64,000 nucleotides of DNA from Octopus sinensis (lineage: Eukaryota), in the NCBI RefSeq assembly GCF_006345805.1, contig NC_042997.1, positions 60,450,001 to 60,514,000 on the forward strand. The letters are read 5' to 3'. This document shows, in pieces, positions 56,772 to 64,000 of the stretch (position 1 is its first letter; the number at the start of each line of letters is the position of its first letter). The position numbers and the translations under genes are program-made. The notes under the pieces are model-generated. The model saw only the letters and a program-made list of their open reading frames with translations, searched no databases and was not told where the DNA came from.

Positions 56772-56861
56772 TTATGAAGAATTCATTAACTTAGACACAT
56801 CTGCAAACCAAGCAGCCACGTCTACATTTAAGATCTCGTATCTCTTTATGAACGGGTGTTC
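56772..56861 (-). CDS. MAP2K7: MKK7 terminal coding exon, EHPFIKRYE...MNSS*
   Basis: Polypyrimidine tract plus CTCCAG acceptor; TAA stop at 56774-56772. Confidence 0.9.
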   Translation of the reverse strand, partial: EHPFIKRYEILNVDVAAWFADVSKLMNSS

Positions 56862-59800
56862 CTGGAGAGAAAAAGAAAAAACAATGTCACTTATTAAAAA
56901 ACTGATACACAGAAAGTAAAAAAAAATAATATAAGCAAAAAGTTGAAAATTGAATAAAATGTGCTCCAAACTATAATTACAAATGTATACATACATATAG
57001 ATATATGTATGTATGTATATATATATATATATAACCATCACCATTTTCCATGCCAGCATGTGTTGGACAGTTTGACAGGAACAGACCAGCAAGGAGCTGA
57101 CCAGACTCCAACTGTCTGTTGTGGCATGGTTTCTACAGCTGGATGCCCTGCCTAATGCCAATACACACACAAATACACGTGCACACACACACACACATGT
57201 ATGTATACATATATAGATATACAAACATGTATCAAATCATCATCATCATTTAACATCTACTTTTTACACAAACACACACACACACACACACACATGCATA
57301 AATATACACAAATATATACATGCTCATATCACCATCATCATCGTTTAGTGTGTGCTTTCCATGCTGGCATGGGTTAGATGGTTTGACAAACTGGTAAGCT
57401 GGAGAGCTGCACCAGGTTCCAATCTGATTTGGCATGGTTTCTATGGCTGGATGCCCTTCCTAATGCCAACCACTTCAAGAGTGTAATGGATGCTTTTTAT
57501 GTGCCACCAGCATGGGTGCCAGTTACATGATACTGGCATTGATAGGTATAAAATATATATACACACAAACATATCTATAAAATCAGTCATTCACATTTCA
57601 CCCATTTTCCCATGCTTGCATGGGTCAAGTGAATACATTATTTAGACTTTTGTTTTATTGCCGGATGCCCTTCCAGTCACTAACCCTTGGCTATTTTTTA
57701 CATGTCTATGAATGCACAAAACAGAAGTTTTTGACAGAAGTGACAACAACAACACTGCCCAAACATAACTTTTTAATAAGAGAGCACGCATTTAAACAAA
57801 CACACATGCTTATACAAACAGCAATAAGCATAGGCACAGACATGGCAGTGTGTTGAAGAAATTCATTTCACAACCACATGCTTTCAGGTTTGAATATACA
57901 CACATTGGTTTCAAATTTTGGCACAATGCCAGCAATTACCTATTTTATCAACCTCAGTGCTCAACTGGTACTTATTTTATCAACCCGAAAAGGATAAAAG
58001 GCAAAGTCAGCTTTGGCAATTTGGGCAAGTGCCTTCTACTATAGCCTTAGGTTGACTGACACCTCAAGACTATAAGCCATTGTTTGTTTATATGCATATA
58101 TGAATGTATAAATAGACAAATAAGAATGGACAATCACAGTTCAAGGTGATACATATTTCAAAAGGAAGATATCCATTGACTATGTGTATATTGCATCATA
58201 ATATAAAAACATACCATCTCATAGTTAGGGATGCAATTGCCATATAACAAAAATGAAGTTAACGACCATGACCTATATAATCCCCATAAATTGATATATA
58301 TATATGTATTTTATGTGTGTGTGTATTCATTATTTGTTCATTCATTTAACATCCATTTCCCTTGTCAGTATGGCTTTTTACAGAGGGTGGAGATAGAAAG
58401 TAAACCCAGCCATAAAATCTTATGGCCAACCTGTCCCTGATTTTGACATAGGGGATACCTTTATTCTACAAGTCTTTGAAAGTACAGAGCAACTGGTCAT
58501 AATGTCAACAAGGAATGTCAATATCAGTGCCATTACTCACAAGCAGTGACAAGCATGGAATATATAAACACTGAAACACATTCGATGGACACAGACAAAT
58601 ATCCTCACATGACACTGATCACCCAAGAGCTAACATAGAAGACACTTACTCCAGGTGCCATGCAATAAGACTGAACCTGAAACCACAGAATTGTGATATG
58701 AACTTCTTAACTACACAGCCATGCCTACACACACACACATTTATGTATATGCCTGTCATCATAATTAACATTTAACATCCTTCTTTGAAGCTGACATATT
58801 TTGGACAGTTTGACAGAATCCAATGAGCTGGAGGACCACATTAAGCCCCAATGTTGATTAGCTTTCCTAATGCCAACCACTTTACAGAGTATAGTAGGTG
58901 TTTCTGTGTTGTTTTTTTTCATGACACAGGCACTTGTGAGATCACCAAGTAACTTTCAAGAAACTGAAAAAGGATTTCCTTAACTGAGTAAGATTCTAGT
59001 GGGTACGGAGGTGGGTGCGGAAGTGGCTTTGTGCCATGTATTGAGAAACTACGCTATGACTGAAGGACGGCACAAGAGTCCTGGAATAGAAGAGAAACAG
59101 CTATCCTGCATTATATAAAAGTGGGTGGGAGAATCTAGAAAGAAGATAAAGATGTTGGTGGAAAGGTGTCAAAAATATTCTCAAGATACAAGAAGGTGAG
59201 TGTAAGAAACAATACAGAGGATTGGGAAGGGTGTGTGGATAAATTCATGAGTATGAGAGGAGAGTGACCAATAGTTTCAGAGGGGATAAAGGTGAAAGTA
59301 GTGAATGAAGTACAAGAGTGGAACTGAGATCAATGGTCAATTAGTGGAGGGGGGTGGGTGAAGAAGAACTCAGGAAGAAGGTGATGGTAAGTGGTAATAG
59401 AGGACAGATGGAGAGCAGAAGTTTAATAAACCTGTACATAGATTAAAAAATAGGGAGAAAATATGTGGAATGGGAGAATGGAGGAAGAAAGATTGGAACA
59501 GGAACAGGGTCAGAGGTATGTAGTGATGCCTATAGTGGGAGGGAGACATAGGACAGGGGCAATGATAGTAGATATGAGAAGGGGTTGAGAGTGCTGAGAC
59601 TGATAGCAGATATGAGCTCTGGCAGGCAGTCTTAAGATGTAGCTCAGAGGAGATGAAAAAATACCTGGAGGCAGAGAAAGGATTGACCAATGGGAAATAA
59701 AGAGGTTCCAAGGACAGGAAGAGGTAATTAACAGCACAAAGAGAATGAAATATGAGCAGAATCCGTTGAAATATGATTAACGCAGCTGGATGGTACCATT

Positions 59801-60824
59801 ATTGGAAGAGTGATAGAAGGATAGTTGTTAGGAAGACGATAGGTTGAGAAAAATTTAACCCTTTCGATACTAACCCGGCCGTAGGGATGAATGCCTAGTG
59901 ACTGTACAGAGATAAATATAATGATGTTTAGTATCTCACTTTCTCCATGAAAGACAAGTCTGCTTCAGCACAATGAAACAGTCTTTTATCATCTCCACCT
60001 TAAGGTTCAACATTTTAAGATCAGCCTTCGCTACTTTGTCATGCCATTTTAAATCTCTCTCTTTCTCAAGTTCCACCTGCTTAAAGTGATCAGCATATCT
60101 TTGTCATCATCCATGCACATTAAATGACCATACCAACACATTCCCTCTTGCACACTACACCTGATTCCTCTTATGCCCAATTTTCTCACAACACAAATCT
60201 ATTTAGTCAGACATGCACATCCAATGGAGCATAATAGTATTATTCCTTTCTTGACTGTACATGTCCTCAGCAGTTAGCTCACATCTTGTCCAATCTATAC
60301 AAACAAAGATTAAGCAGACATAAAAATGATGATGATGATGATACACTCAAACTCATTTACATATTTGTGATAAATTTACATAATGCCCAAACCTATTGAT
60401 CATTGGGATTGAGCATAATTCTTGAAATTAGTAAATGTTATCAACTCACCAATAATTTCTTGTATTTAGGTCTTTTCTTATAATCTTTAGTTAGGCTGAA
60501 GAAACGGAAAAAGAAATGTTAATGAAGAAAACATATATTGAGATAACATAAGAACACAAGTAGATATATGCATATGCAATTATTAATTCTATAGCCAAGT
60601 TTTACCATGATAATATGCTTTGTATTATGACATGTTGGCATTTCTCTTGAGGCCTGTATCATCTTGTCAGTGTGGTAAAGCATCTTCAATTCAGACGTAG
60701 CCATTTGTTATCATGGTATCCTTCACCACAGGTAATCAAATATTATAAGGCAAATTTATCAAATGTACAAGTCTTTCTCCAATCAATCAACTCCCAATAA
60801 TAATAGTAATAATAGTAATAATAG

Positions 60825-60855
<31 letters not shown>

Positions 60856-60940
60856 AGTAGTAGTAGTAATAATAATGATGATGATGATAGTAATAATAAT
60901 GATGATGATAATAGTAATAATAATAATGATGATAATAGTA

Positions 60941-60975
<35 letters not shown>

Positions 60976-63081
60976 CCTTTCTTCTGGTGGCACAAGGCCT
61001 CAATTTGGTGGGAGGGGACTAGTCAATTATATAGACCCCAGTGTTTCACTGGTATTTAATTTATCGACCTTGAAAGGATGAAAGGCAAAGTCAACCTCAG
61101 CAGAATTTGAACTCAGAACATAGCGACAGACAAAATATCACTCAGCATTTCGGCCGGCATGGTAACGATTCTGCCAACTCACCACCTTAATAATAATAAT
61201 AATTGTTTTAAATTTTGTCACAAGACCAGTAATTTTAGTGAGACAGGGATAGTCAACTACATTGACTTTAATAGTTGACTGGAAGTTTATTTTATCAACC
61301 CCAAAAGAATAACAGACAAAGTTAACCTCAGTGAAATTTGAACTCAGAATGTAAAGTGCCAGAAGAAATGCTGCTAAGCATTTTGTTTGGCACATCAAGA
61401 ATTCTGCTATAAGCCAGTACAAAGCATTTTTCTGATGTTCCAATGAATAGAAAAAAGAAAAAAGTGAAAACATGAGGAAATATTAAAAACTACTTACCAA
61501 TCCCTTACAAATGAACAAAAATCTAGTGAGAAGCCATTGTTGGGAGGGAGGAGTGGTGGCTCTTCTTGCAACACTTTTGTGAGAAGTTCAAAATCTGTTC
61601 TGCAGTTCTTGTATGGAAACTCACCTGTTGCAAGTTCAACCTGTGAAGAAACAGAAAAAAAGTAACATCAATAGTTCTTTAAGAAGATATTTTATCCTTT
61701 TTTTAAGAATAGTAAAAAACTTGTATTTTGTTGGTTAAAATTCAGTTATATTCAATACTGAAATATGAAAACTTCATTTTTGTATTTGGTTTGCAAGATT
61801 TTTTATGTGAATACATGTATTGAAACAAATTTTGTTGTCTTGGGAGAGTCATTGTGCCAATAATAACACACTCACAGGTTCAAATCCACTTCTTTATTAT
61901 TAGTCTAATCAACTAACTAATCAATCACTGGTTTAATGTGCTGGTTTAACTGGTTGTTAGTTAGCAAAGTTTCTTTTGCCAGAGTTTGGACCTTTCCAGT
62001 GAATATTTTTTCTAAAGCAGACCTTAGAATGAGAGGGGAGGTCACTAAATCTCTGAAAAGGTTGCAAATAACAACACAAAGACTTTGACTAGCAAACAGC
62101 TGATTGATTGTTTAACCAGCACATCAAACAAATGATGTAATCTAAATCAAAGAAAATGGCAAACAATTACAGTGGTACAATTCTGCAACTCATTTCTTCA
62201 AATATTTTTATTGTAGTTTTCTAGACTACAGTTTAATACATAGATGGCAACTATTACAAGGGAGACAATCCTTTCTTCATAATATGAAGCAAGATTAGAA
62301 ATCTGAATTTGAAACTGAGGAATTACGAAGAAAAAGATGCAAAGAATTCACAAATTTAATTTATTTTTGTTTTCTTATAACAAAGTTCTTACAGTTCCTA
62401 TTTGAAAGTAATCATGTATAGCACTATTTCATTCTTTTTAGAAATCAACAGCAAGATATAACCAGTAGCTTATTAATTAAACAATATTTTACGAAGTGAG
62501 ACATTTCATAAAAGATGAAAATAATTACAAGTTGTTACCAAAGTGGAGCAGCTTGCTTTTTCATAAAACATTTCTTTTAGAATTATGACATTATCTGCTT
62601 TGAAGTTTATAAAAAAGGTAAATTGAACAATTACATAATTAAAATATTTATTATACACACGAACATTTATGTTTAAAATATAAAAACATACATTTCATTT
62701 ATGTCGAAAAATACTTGCAGCCAAAACTTACACATTCATACAAATACACAAAATCACCCACACATATAAATATATATTTTTATATACACTAAAGCTTAAA
62801 AATCAGGATCCTAAATTTACAAAGAGGCGCTATGCAGATATAAACATCACGCTTGCTGTGTTTGGTAAATATAGCTATTCATTTATTCATCTAGATAAAT
62901 AGCCAAAAGACCTTGCAAATTATCCATTCTAACTATGTTGCTGAAAAGACTTCATTATCAAATTCGAAAGACCATAAGCAATAGGAGATTAATAACTTAC
63001 TAAAGAGATCCCCAAACTCCAAACATCTGCACGGATATCATAATCTGGCCTTTCTGGATCTGGTGGATCAATTCTTTCAGG
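56772..63081 (-). CDS. MAP2K7: Dual-specificity MAP kinase kinase 7 (MKK7/hemipterous-like), last four coding exons; gene continues beyond the window end
   Basis: Joined translation PERIDPPDPERPDYDIRADVWSLGISL-VELATGEFPYKNCRTDFELLTKVLQEEPPLLPPNNGFSLDFCSFVRDC-LTKDYKKRPKYKKLL-EHPFIKRYEILNVDVAAWFADVSKLMNSS* covers kinase subdomains VIII-XI. The PDYDIRADVWSLGISL, C(K/R)TDFE and HxFIKRYE..VDVAxWF segments are typical of MKK7. Confidence 0.93.
59935..60290 (-). mobile_element. Decayed RTE ORF2 C-terminal fragment; similar fragment on + at ~20600-20800
   Basis: The reverse complement aligns by eye with 39140-39500 (ACTGCTGAGGACATG, ATGCTCCATTGGAT, TGGTATGGTCAT). Confidence 0.65.
60450..60495 (-). 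CDS. MAP2K7: MKK7 exon, (C)LTKDYKKRPKYKKLL
   Basis: Acceptor TTCTTCAG, donor TTG|GTGAGT; 46 nt; phase fits both neighbours. Confidence 0.93.
60795..60975. repeat. Compound trinucleotide repeat (AAT/GAT/AGT)n
   Basis: About 60 in-phase NAT/AGT triplets directly abutting a SINE 3' end. Confidence 0.95.
60976..61412 (-). mobile_element. Tandem pair of the same Nin/Deu-core SINE (60976-61186 and ~61207-61412)
   Basis: Both carry the reverse complement of the core (GAAAGGATGAAAGGCAAAGTCAACCTCAGC.GAATTTGAACTCAGAA); separated by (AAT)n. Confidence 0.72.
61498..61640 (-). CDS. MAP2K7: MKK7 exon, VELATGEFPY...FVRD(C)
   Basis: Acceptor TTCACAG, donor TG|GTAAGT; 143 nt. Confidence 0.94.
63001..63081 (-). 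CDS. MAP2K7: MKK7 exon, PERIDPP...VWSLGISL
   Basis: Minus-strand acceptor AAACAG, donor TTA|GTAAGT; 81 nt, phase 0/0. Confidence 0.94.
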
Positions 63082-63208
63082 CTGTTTAAATTAATAAAAG
63101 GAAAACAATGAAAAGGTTTTATTTGTTTCACATTCAATGAAAAAATTAGACAGTAATTTCTTTTAAGTATGTAAGTTTGTGAATATATGTATGTATATAT
63201 ATATATCA

Positions 63209-63400
63209 TCTTATATATAAATGGCAATTTTTGACTGTCTGTTACCCTCTTGCTAACTATATCAGCAAACCAATCTTCATGAAACTTTGCATACATGTTA
63301 AACTAACATCCAGTTAAATTATAAGCTAATTGGATTTCAATAAAAATCGATAATGGGCCACCCTACAGGGGTTGGGCTATTATATAATAAAATGAGAAGA
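63209..63400 (+). mobile_element. 5' part of a related Helitron-like element; 3' end not located
   Basis: TCTTATATATAAATGGCA...CTGTCTGTTACCCTC...AACCAATCTTCATGAAACTTTG parallels 26547-26660. Confidence 0.5.
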
Positions 63401-64000
63401 GTGCAAAAAATGTTAGATTGAGGGAAATGTGGTGGCATAATGAAGGTGGCTGATATCAGGGAAGAGGAGGAGACAGGAAGAGACAGAGAGAGAGAGAGAA
63501 CGAGACACAGACAGAGTGGAAGAGAGAGAATTTGTTTACTGAAAGGAACGGCAATTTTTAATACTTTGTTCTTTAATTTTTACCTATCACTTAATGCATA
63601 CACTTTGGTGAATTAACTATCGCATGCTCAGTCAAAACTTTTACAATATGTCCAACAACAGATGTTAAACTAACAAGTGAAAGGTAAGGTGTTATATTTG
63701 TTTTCAAATCACTGTTTTAAAATTTATTACTTTACCAACATACTGAAACAATAACACTATATATAATGTCTTTCATTTCCTTCCATAGATTAATAGCACA
63801 TTGTTGTCGGGTAATTTTTACAATAGAATGTCTTACATACATTTTTATTTATTTTATGTCTGATCATGCCTTCTGTAACAGACAGGCCTTGATCAGGACA
63901 GATTTGTGCAACTTTTTGCTATGGTAATAACCAACCATTAGTCGATTGTTTCATAGCCGCACATCGTCAATCCTTTCATTCTTCCAACCATCCAACAATT

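Noticed and set aside
58990-59845. Purine-rich block with 113- and 75-aa antisense ORFs
   Set aside because: Probably a very old LINE remnant; no intact motif, so neither annotated nor called novel.
60743-61081. Poly-M/I, poly-N/D, poly-L/S and poly-Y/H ORFs
   Set aside because: They are six-frame readouts of one trinucleotide repeat inside an MKK7 intron.

Overview
AT-rich, intron-rich animal genomic DNA, very likely octopus (coleoid cephalopod), inferred from the SINE/RTE repertoire and the extreme microsatellite load. Two convergent genes are present. (1) A complete 20-exon ABCF1 (ABC50) on +, CDS 1476-30616. I joined every exon by hand through GT..AG boundaries in a consistent phase; it gives 2496 nt including the stop, 831 aa. 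(2) The last four coding exons of MAP2K7/MKK7 (JNK kinase) on -, 63081 to 56772; its upstream exons lie beyond the window. The rest is transposon debris: a near full-length decayed RTE LINE with a PHD-like finger and many 3'-tail copies, a mellifera-type mariner, piggyBac-type and hAT-type MITEs, non-autonomous Helitron(s), a HERO-like RLE fragment, CR1-like fragments, tRNA-derived SINEs and simple repeats. Most ORFs in the supplied track are microsatellite or antisense artefacts. I found no convincing new protein-coding system. The best leads are non-coding: a possible ~15 kb MKK7 3' UTR with a candidate 3'-UTR intron, a nested fold-back (dsRNA) structure in ABCF1 intron 1, a bipartite RTE mini-element whose 5' part could be a ribozyme, and inverted repeat pairs around ABCF1 exons. 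Coordinates were counted by eye; exon boundaries are exact to my count, and repeat boundaries are approximate.
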